This document shows, piece after piece, positions 27,361 to 36,892 of a stretch of DNA of 64,000 nucleotides (the first letter of the stretch is position 1; every line of letters starts with the position of its first letter). The position numbers and the translations under genes are program-made. Source of the DNA: Candidatus Woesebacteria bacterium (GTDB lineage: Bacteria > Patescibacteriota > Microgenomatia > UBA8517); the NCBI GenBank assembly GCA_013374855.1, contig CP055308.1:337833-401832 (forward strand). The letters are read 5' to 3'. The notes beneath the pieces were generated by a model, which did no database searches, had not been told where the DNA came from, and saw only the letters and a list, made by a program, of their open reading frames with translations.

Positions 27361-28425
27361 ATGATATCAAAAGTAGCTCGGACAGAGTTTTCTCAAGCAA
27401 TTAAGGCCTTGTGTATGGAAAAAGGGCTCGATGCCGCAGTGGTTCTGGAGGCGATAAGACACGCTGTTATTGCCGCATATAGGCGCGATGCCAAAGAAAG
27501 AGGCGAAGAGATAGGTGAAGATGTGGAGATTGATGCAAGAATAGATCCTTCAAACGGCGAGACAAAAGTCTTCATAGATGGCAAGGATGTTACCCCGCCG
27601 GGTTTTGGTAGAATTGCCGCTCAGACCGCGAAACAGGTGATTCACCAGAAGATACGAGAGGCAGAAAAAGATATGGTTATGAATGAGTTTAGAAGTAAAG
27701 TTGGAGGCTTGGTGTCTGGGATAATTTTGAGGTTTGAGGGTAAAGATGCAAGAGTAGATTTAGGTAAGACAGAAGGCATTTTGCCAAGTGGAGAGAGAAT
27801 AGCTACTGAAAGGTTAAATCTGGGAGAAAGGTTTACCTTTCTTCTGAAAGAGATACGAGATGGATCAAGAGGCGAGGAGATAATACTTTCTCGAGCCGAC
27901 CCCAAGTTTGTCTATGCTCTGTTTGCTCGCGAAGTACCAGAAATCTCTTCAGGTAGTGTGGAAATAAAATCAATAGTGCGCGAGCCTGGCTTGAGGACAA
28001 AGATGCTTGTCTATTCCAACCAACATGGTGTTGATCCAGTTGGCTCTTGTGTAGGACAAAAGGGAACAAGAGTTCAATCGGTTATGAGTGAGCTTGGTGG
28101 GGAGAGAGTCGATGTTATTCCTTATAGTGATGACGTAGCGGAAGTTATCAAAAACGCTCTTGCTCCTGCTGAAGGCCTGACTGTTAGATTGGATGAGGAT
28201 AGTAAGACAGCGTATATAAAGGCGTCTGAGGACCAACTCCCTCTTGCTATAGGAAGAGATGGTCAGAATGCTAGACTCGTAGCCAAGCTTACGGGTTGGA
28301 ACATAAAGGTTGAGAAGGGGGAGGAATCTGAAGAGGGCGAAAATGCTTCGGGCGATGGTTCCCGCGAAGACAAAGAATCTGAAGAAGAGAAAAGGGTGGA
28401 AAGTGAAGACGAAGGAAAAAAATAG
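27361..28425 (+). CDS. nusA: Transcription termination/antitermination factor NusA.
   Basis: The product has an N-terminal domain, an S1 domain and two KH domains (PGLRTKMLVYSNQHGVDPVGSCVGQKGTRVQSV...IGRDGQNARLVAKLTGWNI) plus an acidic tail. Confidence 0.9.
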   Translation: MISKVARTEFSQAIKALCMEKGLDAAVVLEAIRHAVIAAYRRDAKERGEEIGEDVEIDARIDPSNGETKVFIDGKDVTPPGFGRIAAQTAKQVIHQKIREAEKDMVMNEFRSKVGGLVSGIILRFEGKDARVDLGKTEGILPSGERIATERLNLGERFTFLLKEIRDGSRGEEIILSRADPKFVYALFAREVPEISSGSVEIKSIVREPGLRTKMLVYSNQHGVDPVGSCVGQKGTRVQSVMSELGGERVDVIPYSDDVAEVIKNALAPAEGLTVRLDEDSKTAYIKASEDQLPLAIGRDGQNARLVAKLTGWNIKVEKGEESEEGENASGDGSREDKESEEEKRVESEDEGKK

Positions 28426-28459
28426 TTTATGAGACTTTCCTTTTTAGTAGACAATTGCT

Positions 28460-29893
28460 ATGAAGACACAAGAAGAAACATTAAAGAGACCACCGGTGGT
28501 TGCCGTTTTGGGCCATGTTGATCACGGAAAAACCTCCCTTCTTGATGCGATAAGAAAGACTAATATCCAAGCAAAAGAAGTGGGGGGAATTACCCAGAGA
28601 ATAGGGGCCTCTGTTGTTAAGACTGATTCAGGAAGAGATGTTGTCTTTATAGACACTCCGGGACACGCTGCGTTTTCTAAGATGCGCTCATGTGGGGTCT
28701 CAGCTTCGGATATTGCCATTTTGGTTGTTGCAGCAGACGACGGTGTAATGCCTCAGACAAAAGAGTCAATTGAATATATAAGGGAAACGAATACTCCTTT
28801 CATAGTTGCTATTACAAAAGTGGATTTACCGTCAGCAAAAGTCGATGTTGTCAAAATGCAACTGTCGAAAGAAGAAATTTTGTTGGAGGGCGAAGGAGGA
28901 GATACTCCCTTTATTCTTGTTTCTTCGAAGACAGGGCAAGGAATAAAAGAGCTGCTTGATGTGATTTTGCTCCTTTGGGATTTGGACGATCGAGGTTTGG
29001 TAAACAATGGTGGGCTTAAAGCAGTAGTTGTAGAGACCAGTCTTACTAAGGCAGGGCCGTCTGTTTCGGTAGTAGTAAAAGAAGGAGTCTTGAGACTGAA
29101 ACAAGAGATTTTTGCAGGGACTGAGAAAGCGAGGGTGAGGGGTTTGATTGATGCTTATGGCAAGCCAGTGAGCGAAGTAAGAGCAGGATACCCAGCCCTG
29201 ATCTTGGGATTTGAGAAGCTCCCCCCTGTAGGTTGCTTGGTTTGTGATAAGATTTTGAGCTCTTCTGTTGTGCAGAATAGTTTGGAAGACAGATATCACC
29301 TTTCTTCTCAGAAGAAGAGCAAGCTAAACGCCATTTTTAAGGCGGAATCTCAAGGGGCGCTTGAGGCAGTTTTGTCAAGTATCCCAGAAGGCGTCTCGGT
29401 AATTGATTTTGGTGTTGGAGAGGTTACAAAGAATGACATCTTGCTTGCAAAGAGCACAGATTCTTTTATTTTTACATTTGGTGTTAAGTTGAGAAGCGAA
29501 GTGGTCAAACTTTCTGAAGCGGAAGGAGTGAAAATTGAGAATTTTGAGATTATTTATAGACTGGTTGAGAGAATCGAGGAAATCTTGTCTAAGAATGAGG
29601 AGAAAATTTTGGGCAAGGCTCAGATTTTGGCAGAGTTTCCTTTTGAAGACAAAAGGGTAGCAGGATGTAAGGTCTTGTTTGGGGAAATTAGCAAAAATGA
29701 TAGGCTCTTGTTAAAGCGAGGAGAAAATGTCTTGGGCGAAGTCAGGGTGCTGTCATTAAAGAAACAGAAAAGTGAGGTTGATAAGGTAACCCAGGGTGAG
29801 GAGTTTGGGATTCTTTTTGTGCCACAGCTTGATTTTAAGGTGCAAGATGTGTTAGTATTGGTCGCCCCTGCCAGTAATTTAGATGGAAAATGA
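28460..29893 (+). CDS. infB: Translation initiation factor IF-2 (a short form with the G domain and C-terminal domains only).
   Basis: The product reads [20 protein letters not shown]...FIDTPGHAAFSKMR...ADDGVMPQTKESI. It is 477 aa. Confidence 0.9.
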   Translation: MKTQEETLKRPPVVAVLGHVDHGKTSLLDAIRKTNIQAKEVGGITQRIGASVVKTDSGRDVVFIDTPGHAAFSKMRSCGVSASDIAILVVAADDGVMPQTKESIEYIRETNTPFIVAITKVDLPSAKVDVVKMQLSKEEILLEGEGGDTPFILVSSKTGQGIKELLDVILLLWDLDDRGLVNNGGLKAVVVETSLTKAGPSVSVVVKEGVLRLKQEIFAGTEKARVRGLIDAYGKPVSEVRAGYPALILGFEKLPPVGCLVCDKILSSSVVQNSLEDRYHLSSQKKSKLNAIFKAESQGALEAVLSSIPEGVSVIDFGVGEVTKNDILLAKSTDSFIFTFGVKLRSEVVKLSEAEGVKIENFEIIYRLVERIEEILSKNEEKILGKAQILAEFPFEDKRVAGCKVLFGEISKNDRLLLKRGENVLGEVRVLSLKKQKSEVDKVTQGEEFGILFVPQLDFKVQDVLVLVAPASNLDGK

Positions 29894-30797
29894 CCTTAGT
29901 GCTTACTTTGATAGAGCAACCTCTGTATTTATAGTTCTTCCTAAAAAACCATATTTTGATCAGGTTGCTGCCGGACTTTCTCTTTATCTTTCATTGTTGG
30001 GGAAAAAAGAGGTTTCTGTTATTTGTCCAAGCCCAATGCTTGTTGAGTTTAATCGTCTGGTGGGGGTGGACAAAGTCGTACAGCATCCTGTAGAAAGAAA
30101 CTTGGTAATCCGTTTTGCTGGGTATAACGCGATGGATATAGAAAAGGTTAATTCCGAGGTAAAAGATGAGGAGCTTTACCTTGTGGTTGTTCCTCAACCA
30201 AACGTTAAGCCTCCTACCAAAGAGCAAGTAAGCCTTTCATACAGTGGGGTGTCTTGTGATTTAATTGTTTTGGTGGGCGGGGCTGATGAATCGCACTTCC
30301 CTATTTTGGCAGATCCAGAGGTGTTGGGGATTCAAAAGATTCATGTGGGCCTTCGTGACATTCGCCAAACTAAAGATAACAACATCCTCTCTTATGTTAG
30401 GAGTTCGTCTTCTGTTTCAGAGTTGGTGGCGGATATTATTCGTGAGCTTGGGCTTGAAGTTGATGTGGACACGGCGTCAAATCTAATAGCAGGGATTGAG
30501 GTTGGTAGTAATCATTATACATCTGAGGGAGTGACCGCTAACACGTTTCAGACGATAGCTGATCTTTTAAGGCTCGGTGGTAGGAGAACGAATTTGTTGT
30601 TTAGATCGACATCTTCTGTGGGGCAGTCTGGCGAGACTCTTCTTGACAAGACGGGCGGTGATAAGTTTTTACGAGGAAATCTTACCCCCGAGAGTGATAT
30701 ACAAGACAAAGGTAAGAGAGAGGCCCCGGAGGCAGATGAAAATCCGCCATCAGACTGGCTCGCCCCCAAGATATTTAAAGGAACATCGGTTAGCTAA
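29883..30797 (+). CDS. NrnA-like DHH/DHHA1-fold protein with degenerate catalytic motifs (likely a pseudoenzyme).
   Basis: The product is colinear with NrnA but the motifs are replaced: DxD becomes KKPYFDQ, the motif-II Asp becomes LVIRFAGYN, DHH becomes KIHVGLRD, GDTG becomes GIEVGSNH, and no GGGH is present. It sits in the canonical nusA-infB-(rbfA)-nrnA-(truB)-rpsO-pnp position. Confidence 0.55.
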   Translation: MENDLSAYFDRATSVFIVLPKKPYFDQVAAGLSLYLSLLGKKEVSVICPSPMLVEFNRLVGVDKVVQHPVERNLVIRFAGYNAMDIEKVNSEVKDEELYLVVVPQPNVKPPTKEQVSLSYSGVSCDLIVLVGGADESHFPILADPEVLGIQKIHVGLRDIRQTKDNNILSYVRSSSSVSELVADIIRELGLEVDVDTASNLIAGIEVGSNHYTSEGVTANTFQTIADLLRLGGRRTNLLFRSTSSVGQSGETLLDKTGGDKFLRGNLTPESDIQDKGKREAPEADENPPSDWLAPKIFKGTSVS

Positions 30798-30808
30798 TTA
30801 ATTACTTA

Positions 30809-30837
30809 TTGAGATGTTTATTTTTTCGTGATAGAAT
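30809..30837 (+). promoter_or_regulatory. Candidate promoter TTGAGA-N17-TAGAAT upstream of rpsO-pnp.
   Basis: The hexamers and spacing were read from the sequence. Confidence 0.35.
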
Positions 30838-30894
30838 TATTGTGTTGAAGTCAAGGTTTACCTCGTAGGAGGTTTACTTTGGCTATCGCAAGTT

Positions 30895-31203
30895 ATGGCG
30901 TTAACACCAGAGGAAAAAAAGAAAGTAATAGAAAGGTTTGCAAGAGAAAAAGGAGACACAGGTTCTCCTGAGGTGCAAATAGCTCTTCTTTCTTCTCAGA
31001 TAGAAAAACTAGTTAGTCACCTCAAAAGTCATCCTAAGGATGTTCATTCAAGGCGCGGCCTTTTGTCTATGATTGCCAAAAGAAGAAGGCTTCTTGTTTA
31101 TCTTAAAAGAAAGGATGAAGCGAGGTATCTCTCCTTGCTTGATAAACTAAAGGCAGAAAAAAAGGATTTAATTGATGAAAACTCTAAAAAGAATTCGAAG
31201 TGA
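30895..31203 (+). CDS. rpsO: 30S ribosomal protein S15.
   Basis: The product reads [51 protein letters not shown]. Confidence 0.9.
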   Translation: MALTPEEKKKVIERFAREKGDTGSPEVQIALLSSQIEKLVSHLKSHPKDVHSRRGLLSMIAKRRRLLVYLKRKDEARYLSLLDKLKAEKKDLIDENSKKNSK

Positions 31204-33400
31204 GACAGAATTTGGGGGTAAGAAGTTAATTCTTACTTCGGGTGATTTGGCATTTCAGTCGTCAGGTGCCGTAATGGCTCAGTATGGTGAGACTGTAGTG
31301 CTTGCTGCTGTGGTTTTTTCTCCTCTTAGGGAAAAGCTTGGCTATTTTCCACTTTCAGTTGAGTATCAGGAAAGACTTTATGCTGGAGGCAAAATTAAAG
31401 GCAGTCGTTGGGTTAAAAGAGAAGGAAGGCCATCAGATGATGAGATCTTAAGCGGCCGTCTTATAGACAGAAGCATTAGACCACTTTTCCCCAAGGAATT
31501 TTCAGATTACGAGGTTCAGGTTACAGTGACGGTATTGTCCGTCGATCTTGAAAATAGCCCTGATATTGTTGCTGCCATTGCCGCATCTGCTGCTATTGAA
31601 GTTTCGCCAATTCCATGGGCAGGACCCGTGTCAGTTATTCGTCTGGGGCTTAAAGATGGGAAATTTTTGATTAACCCCACAACGTCAGAGCTTGAGTTGT
31701 CAAGTCTTGATTTGGTTGTTTCTACGACGGAAAACTCAGTTGTTATGATAGAAGCTGGGGCAAAGGAAGTTCCTGAAGAAAAGGTGGTCGAAGGTGTAGA
31801 GTTTGCAGTTAAGGAAGGCAAAAAACTTATTGAGTTTATTTCTGATTTTGCTAAAAAAGCAAGAAGCAAAGAAAAAATTAATCTCAGAGTTCTAGATGAC
31901 AAGGCATTTTTAGATAGAGTTGATAAGATAGCTGGCAGGGATATAGAAGAAATGGTAGTCAAGCTTGCTAGGAAAGAGATTAGTTATACCGAGGTTGATC
32001 AATATAAGAATTCCCTTGTTGAAAAGTTTGGGGAGGAAGAAAGACAACACCTGCACGAAGCTTTTGAGAAATTGATGTCCTTGAAATTTAGAAAAATGGT
32101 TTTATCAGGCAAAAGGCCTGATGGGAGGAGAAATGATGAGATAAGGCCACTTTCTGTTGAAGTTTCTGTCTTGCCACGCACTCATGGTTCTGCAATTTTT
32201 CGGCGGGGGCATACACAGGTCTTGTCAATAGCCACACTTGGTGCTCCGTCCTTGGAGCAATTAATCGAGACGGCCGAAGGCGAGGAGACAAAGCGTTATA
32301 TGCACCACTATGTAATGCCTCCTTATTCTTCGGGAGAAACAGGTAGAATTGGTGTTCCCTCAAGAAGAGAGATAGGACACGGTGCTTTGGCAGAAAGAGC
32401 ACTTTTGCCGGTTATCCCTCCTGAAGAGGATTTTCCTTACACGATAAGGGTTGTTTCTGAAGTTTTGTCGTCAAATGGTTCAACATCAATGGCTTCCACT
32501 TGCGGATCTACTCTTGCTCTAATGGATGCGGGTGTTCCTATTAAACGGCCAGTTTCCGGTATTGCTATGGGACTTGTGGTTGAAGATGAGAAAAATTTTG
32601 TTGTTTTGACAGACATTGCGGGAATTGAAGATGGAGCAGGAGATATGGATTTTAAGGTTGCAGGAACAGAAAAAGGTATAACCGCATTGCAGCTTGATGT
32701 TAAGACTTTAAAGCTTGTTCCATCTATTTTGTCCTCTGCTTTGGCTCAGGCAAAAAGGGCTCGTGGACAAATTCTTGAAAAAATGCTTTCTGTGATAGGG
32801 TCACCCCGGAAGGAAATTTCAATTCACGCACCCAAGATTAGGATGATTAAAATTCCACAAGATAAAATAGGCGATCTTATAGGTCCTGGAGGAAGAATGA
32901 TAAGAAATCTTATTGCCGAAACTGGGGCTCAAATTGAAGTAGAGGAGGATGGAACGGTGAATATTAGTAGTACCGATCCTGAGGCTGTAGAGGAAGCTAT
33001 CTTGAAGGTTGAACAATTAACTAAGGAAGCAAAGGTGGGTGAGATTTATGAAGGAACTGTTAAAAGAATAGAGCCATACGGTGCTTTTGTTGAGATTTGG
33101 CCTGGGAAAGATGGTATGGTTCATATTTCTGAGATGAGTAATGATTATGTTAATGACCCTCATGATGTTTTGAAATTGGAAGACAAGATCAAGGTAAGAG
33201 TTAAGGGGATAGATGAGATGGGTAGAATTAGCCTTTCCATGAAACTAGACGAGAAAGGTGAATCGCAAAGAAATGATTTTCCAAGAAAAGGAAACTGGCG
33301 TGAAAGTAGAAGCAAGACTAGAATAAAGAGAAGTTCTGGTGGGCCTCATTTTCCTACAAGCAGGCTCATTGAGGAATTTGAGAAGAAAAAGGGGTATTAA
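31172..33400 (+). CDS. pnp: Polynucleotide phosphorylase (PNPase).
   Basis: The product has two RNase PH domains, a KH domain and an S1 domain ([30 protein letters not shown]). Its start overlaps the rpsO 3' end. Confidence 0.95.
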   Translation: MMKTLKRIRSETEFGGKKLILTSGDLAFQSSGAVMAQYGETVVLAAVVFSPLREKLGYFPLSVEYQERLYAGGKIKGSRWVKREGRPSDDEILSGRLIDRSIRPLFPKEFSDYEVQVTVTVLSVDLENSPDIVAAIAASAAIEVSPIPWAGPVSVIRLGLKDGKFLINPTTSELELSSLDLVVSTTENSVVMIEAGAKEVPEEKVVEGVEFAVKEGKKLIEFISDFAKKARSKEKINLRVLDDKAFLDRVDKIAGRDIEEMVVKLARKEISYTEVDQYKNSLVEKFGEEERQHLHEAFEKLMSLKFRKMVLSGKRPDGRRNDEIRPLSVEVSVLPRTHGSAIFRRGHTQVLSIATLGAPSLEQLIETAEGEETKRYMHHYVMPPYSSGETGRIGVPSRREIGHGALAERALLPVIPPEEDFPYTIRVVSEVLSSNGSTSMASTCGSTLALMDAGVPIKRPVSGIAMGLVVEDEKNFVVLTDIAGIEDGAGDMDFKVAGTEKGITALQLDVKTLKLVPSILSSALAQAKRARGQILEKMLSVIGSPRKEISIHAPKIRMIKIPQDKIGDLIGPGGRMIRNLIAETGAQIEVEEDGTVNISSTDPEAVEEAILKVEQLTKEAKVGEIYEGTVKRIEPYGAFVEIWPGKDGMVHISEMSNDYVNDPHDVLKLEDKIKVRVKGIDEMGRISLSMKLDEKGESQRNDFPRKGNWRESRSKTRIKRSSGGPHFPTSRLIEEFEKKKGY

Positions 33401-33445
33401 TAACTTCTTTTTTGTTTTATCTCCAGATGCTATTATTGTATTATT

Positions 33446-34552
33446 ATGGCTGCTGTTTCCACAGATGATATTAGTGTTTATTCGCATAAAAATTTGGACG
33501 AGCCTCTTCCTGTTAGAGATGTAGAGCTTTTGAGACTTAAGTCTTTGGTTGATTCTTCCGATTGCCCTGATGAATTGAAAGAAAGAATAAACACAAGGTT
33601 GGGCCAACTTGATAGGTTGGTGAATTCTCCTTCATTTCTTGATGAGTATGACAGAATTTCCCGCTACATCGATTGGGTTATCAAAATCCCTTGGAACAAG
33701 ACCACTGAGGATATTTTAGATTTGGAAAGAGCCAAGAGAGTTTTAGATAGTCATCACTATGGTCTTGAGGAAATAAAAAATAGGATTCTTGAGTATATAT
33801 CGGTGATGAAATTAAAATCAGAAAAAGGCGAAAAAGATGAAGTTCTTAAAGCGCCCACCCTTTTTTTTGTAGGTTTAGTGGGTACAGGAAAAACGACCAT
33901 TGCTCCATCTATTGCCGAGGCTTTAGGAAGAAAGTTTGCTCGTATTCCTTTTGGTGGAATGGGAGACCCCCTTGACCTTCGTGGGCAATCGAGACTTCAT
34001 CTGGAATCAGAACCCGGTAAAATAATAAAAGCTTTAATTTCTGTTCAAAGCAAAAATCCGGTGATTCTACTTGATGAGATAGATCGTGTGACAGAACAGG
34101 GGAGAAGCTCTATTATGGGTGTTTTAGTTGAGCTTTTGGATCCAAAACAGAATTATGCCTTTGTTGACCATTATGTTGATTATCCGGTTGATCTTTCTCA
34201 GGTTCTGTTTATCGCAACTGCAAACAACACACATAATATTGCTACCGCAGTGATGGACAGGCTTGAGCCTATAAGCATGCCATCTTATTCGGATTCAGAG
34301 AAGATCGCTATTGCTGTTAATTATGTATTGCCTGAAAAGTTAAGATCCGCAGGTATACCAGAGGGGGTAATAAATGTGGCAGATGATGTTTGGCCAATTG
34401 TCGTTCGCCCGCTTGGGTATGACGCTGGTATTAGAACTTTGGAAAGAACAATAGATGGCTTAGTGCGTAAAGTAGCTAGACTTCTGGTTGAAGGAAAAAT
34501 TACCTCTATTAGAATAACAAAGGAAAATGCAAAGGAGTTTCTACCTCAATAA
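33446..34552 (+). CDS. Lon-like AAA+ ATPase module with no N-terminal LAN domain and no C-terminal Ser-Lys protease domain.
   Basis: The 368-aa product reads LDSHHYGLEEIKNRILEYISV...FFVGLVGTGKTTIAPSIAEALGRKFARIPFGGMGDPLDLRGQSR...PVILLDEIDRV...LDPKQNYAFVDHYVDYPVDLSQVLFIATANN...MDRLEP, colinear with the LonA ATPase core. It ends about 30 aa after the alpha-helical lid. Confidence 0.7.
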   Translation: MAAVSTDDISVYSHKNLDEPLPVRDVELLRLKSLVDSSDCPDELKERINTRLGQLDRLVNSPSFLDEYDRISRYIDWVIKIPWNKTTEDILDLERAKRVLDSHHYGLEEIKNRILEYISVMKLKSEKGEKDEVLKAPTLFFVGLVGTGKTTIAPSIAEALGRKFARIPFGGMGDPLDLRGQSRLHLESEPGKIIKALISVQSKNPVILLDEIDRVTEQGRSSIMGVLVELLDPKQNYAFVDHYVDYPVDLSQVLFIATANNTHNIATAVMDRLEPISMPSYSDSEKIAIAVNYVLPEKLRSAGIPEGVINVADDVWPIVVRPLGYDAGIRTLERTIDGLVRKVARLLVEGKITSIRITKENAKEFLPQ

Positions 34553-34558
34553 TATGTT

Positions 34559-35200
34559 ATGGATAAAGCTTTGGAATTAAAAGAGTTGAAAAGTAGAGCG
34601 CTTGAAGATAAAAATTTACCCTTAAAGAGCGGTGCAACGAATCTTGTTTTTGGAGTTGGAAACCCAAATGCTGAAATTCTTTTTATTGGAGAAGGTCCTG
34701 GTTATTGGGAAGATGTGAAAGCAGAGCCTTTTGTGGGACCTGCGGGGAAACTTCTAGATAAGCTTTTGGAATTAATAAAAATAAAAAGAAGCGATGTTTT
34801 TATTACTAACGTGGTTATGCATCGTCCCCCAAACAACCGAGACCCATTACCTGAAGAAATAGAAGCTTATAAACCTTATTTAGATGGGATAATAAGAATT
34901 ATTTCACCCCGTGTGATTGTGACACTGGGAAGGTTTTCTATGGCAAAGTTTTTGCCTAATGCCTTGATCAGTCGTGTTCACGGCAAGGATTTTTCTGTTT
35001 ATTTTGATGGTCTTAATATTGTGGTTGTACCAATGTATCATCCTGCTGCTGCTTTAAGAAATGGAGATATTATGATAAAAATAAGGGAAGATTTTTTGGG
35101 TCTGCCAAAAATCTTGGAGAAAGCACGATCGGTAAGGGATAAGGTTTATTTGGAAAAAAATAAAGAGGTTTTTGAACAAAAACAGATGGAACTATTTTAA
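34559..35200 (+). CDS. Uracil-DNA glycosylase, family 4/5-like.
   Basis: The product reads LVFGVGNPNAEILFIGEGPGYWED...GPAGKLLDKLL...VVPMYHPAAALRN. No Fe-S Cys cluster is evident. Confidence 0.7.
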   Translation: MDKALELKELKSRALEDKNLPLKSGATNLVFGVGNPNAEILFIGEGPGYWEDVKAEPFVGPAGKLLDKLLELIKIKRSDVFITNVVMHRPPNNRDPLPEEIEAYKPYLDGIIRIISPRVIVTLGRFSMAKFLPNALISRVHGKDFSVYFDGLNIVVVPMYHPAAALRNGDIMIKIREDFLGLPKILEKARSVRDKVYLEKNKEVFEQKQMELF

Positions 35201-35203
35201 ACT

Positions 35204-36850
35204 ATGGTTAGGTTTATAGCTTTATCTGGAACAACTGATGTTACGGAGAATTTTTATGTTTACGAGACAGAGAGAGATTTGATAGTTGTTGACTGCGGCG
35301 TTGGTTTTCCGGAACCGGATATGTTGGGAGTTGACCTTGTAATTCCTGATTTTTCTTATGTTCGTGATAAGAGAAATAAATTAAGGGGAATAATTATTAC
35401 CCACGGCCATGAGGACCACATTGGAGCGTTGCCATTTCTTATTTCTGAAGTTAGAGCACCTATTTTTTCAACAAAGCTGGTTGCCGGTTTTATTGGTCTT
35501 AAGATGCAGGATTATGGAATATCGAATTTCAGGGTAAATGTTTTTGATCCTGAAAAAGATAGCATCACCCTTGGAGATTTCAAAATATCACCATTTAGGA
35601 CATCTCATTCTATTCCAGACAGCGTTGGCTTTGTTATCGATACTCCTGAAGGGAAAATGGTTCATGCGGCAGATTATAAATTTGATTGGACACCGGTTGA
35701 CGGACGACCCTTTGACATATCAAGACTTTCTTTGCTTTGTTCAAACGGGATTTTAGCTGTCCTTTCTGATTGCCTGGGATCAACATCGCCGGGTTATACC
35801 GAAAGTGAAAAGAATATAGAGGCAAGAATCGGAAGCATAGTTTCGGAGGCAAGGGGTAGAGTATTTTTTACCACCATATCCTCAAATATTTCAAGAATAA
35901 GACAAGCTTTAAATGTAGCTTCTCGGACAAGAAGGAAAGTGGCAATTCTTGGCAAGTCTATTGATTCAAAGGTAAAGGTTGCCAGTCAATTGGGTTATCT
36001 TGATCTGCCGACAAGGTTGGAGAGAAGTGTTAAAGATCTTGAAAGACTGCCGGATGATAAGGTTATGATAATTATTTCAGGGAGTTATGGTCAGCCTGGT
36101 AGTTCCCTTTACCGTTTGGCATTGGGGGAGCATGACCTTTTGAAACTCAAGGAGGGTGATGTTGTAATTTTTTCTTCAGATCCCGCTCCTCCTGGGTCTA
36201 AGGCCAATGTTGACTTTGTTGTTGATAGATTAATTGAAAAAGGAGCTATTGTTCACTATTATGATATTCAGGAAGACTTGCATGTTTCAGGGCACGGAAG
36301 CCAAGAGGATATTAAACTTCTTCTTTCTTTAACCAGACCTAAGTTTGCTATACCCATAGGAGGAACCATTAGGCATATGAGGGCTTTTTCTGATCTTGCT
36401 CAGAGTGTGGGCATAAGTAAGAATTCAGTTTTTGAACTCCACGATGGGGAATCGGTTGAATTTAGAGATGGACGTGCCGTTAAAGGAGCAAAGTTTGAGA
36501 CAAGAAATGTTTTAGTTGATGGTTTGGGAATCGGAGATGTTGGAGAGGTTGTTCTGCGGGATAGAAATGTTCTTGCTCGCGAGGGAGTGGTTATAATTCT
36601 TTTGCAATTTGACGGATCTAAGAAAAAGATTGTAAATCAACCTGAAATTATAAGCAGAGGTTTTGTCTTTGAAAGAAAGCAAAAAGTTTTGTTGGAGAAA
36701 GCCTCTTCTGATTTTTTGTTTTTCTTGAGGAAAAGAATTAATTTAGACAGAAAATCTTTGAAGGATTTGGCAGTTGATTTTTTTGAGCGGTATTTCTTCG
36801 AAAAAACTGGCCGTCGGCCGATGGTGTTGCCCTTGGTGGTAGAAGTTTGA
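35204..36850 (+). CDS. rnj: Ribonuclease J (metallo-beta-lactamase/beta-CASP).
   Basis: The product reads IITHGHEDHIGALPFL, and the beta-CASP and C-terminal domains are conserved. Confidence 0.9.
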   Translation: MVRFIALSGTTDVTENFYVYETERDLIVVDCGVGFPEPDMLGVDLVIPDFSYVRDKRNKLRGIIITHGHEDHIGALPFLISEVRAPIFSTKLVAGFIGLKMQDYGISNFRVNVFDPEKDSITLGDFKISPFRTSHSIPDSVGFVIDTPEGKMVHAADYKFDWTPVDGRPFDISRLSLLCSNGILAVLSDCLGSTSPGYTESEKNIEARIGSIVSEARGRVFFTTISSNISRIRQALNVASRTRRKVAILGKSIDSKVKVASQLGYLDLPTRLERSVKDLERLPDDKVMIIISGSYGQPGSSLYRLALGEHDLLKLKEGDVVIFSSDPAPPGSKANVDFVVDRLIEKGAIVHYYDIQEDLHVSGHGSQEDIKLLLSLTRPKFAIPIGGTIRHMRAFSDLAQSVGISKNSVFELHDGESVEFRDGRAVKGAKFETRNVLVDGLGIGDVGEVVLRDRNVLAREGVVIILLQFDGSKKKIVNQPEIISRGFVFERKQKVLLEKASSDFLFFLRKRINLDRKSLKDLAVDFFERYFFEKTGRRPMVLPLVVEV

Positions 36851-36892
36851 TCTTCATTAAACAACTTTTGTTTTCTTTGGTATATAATTAAC

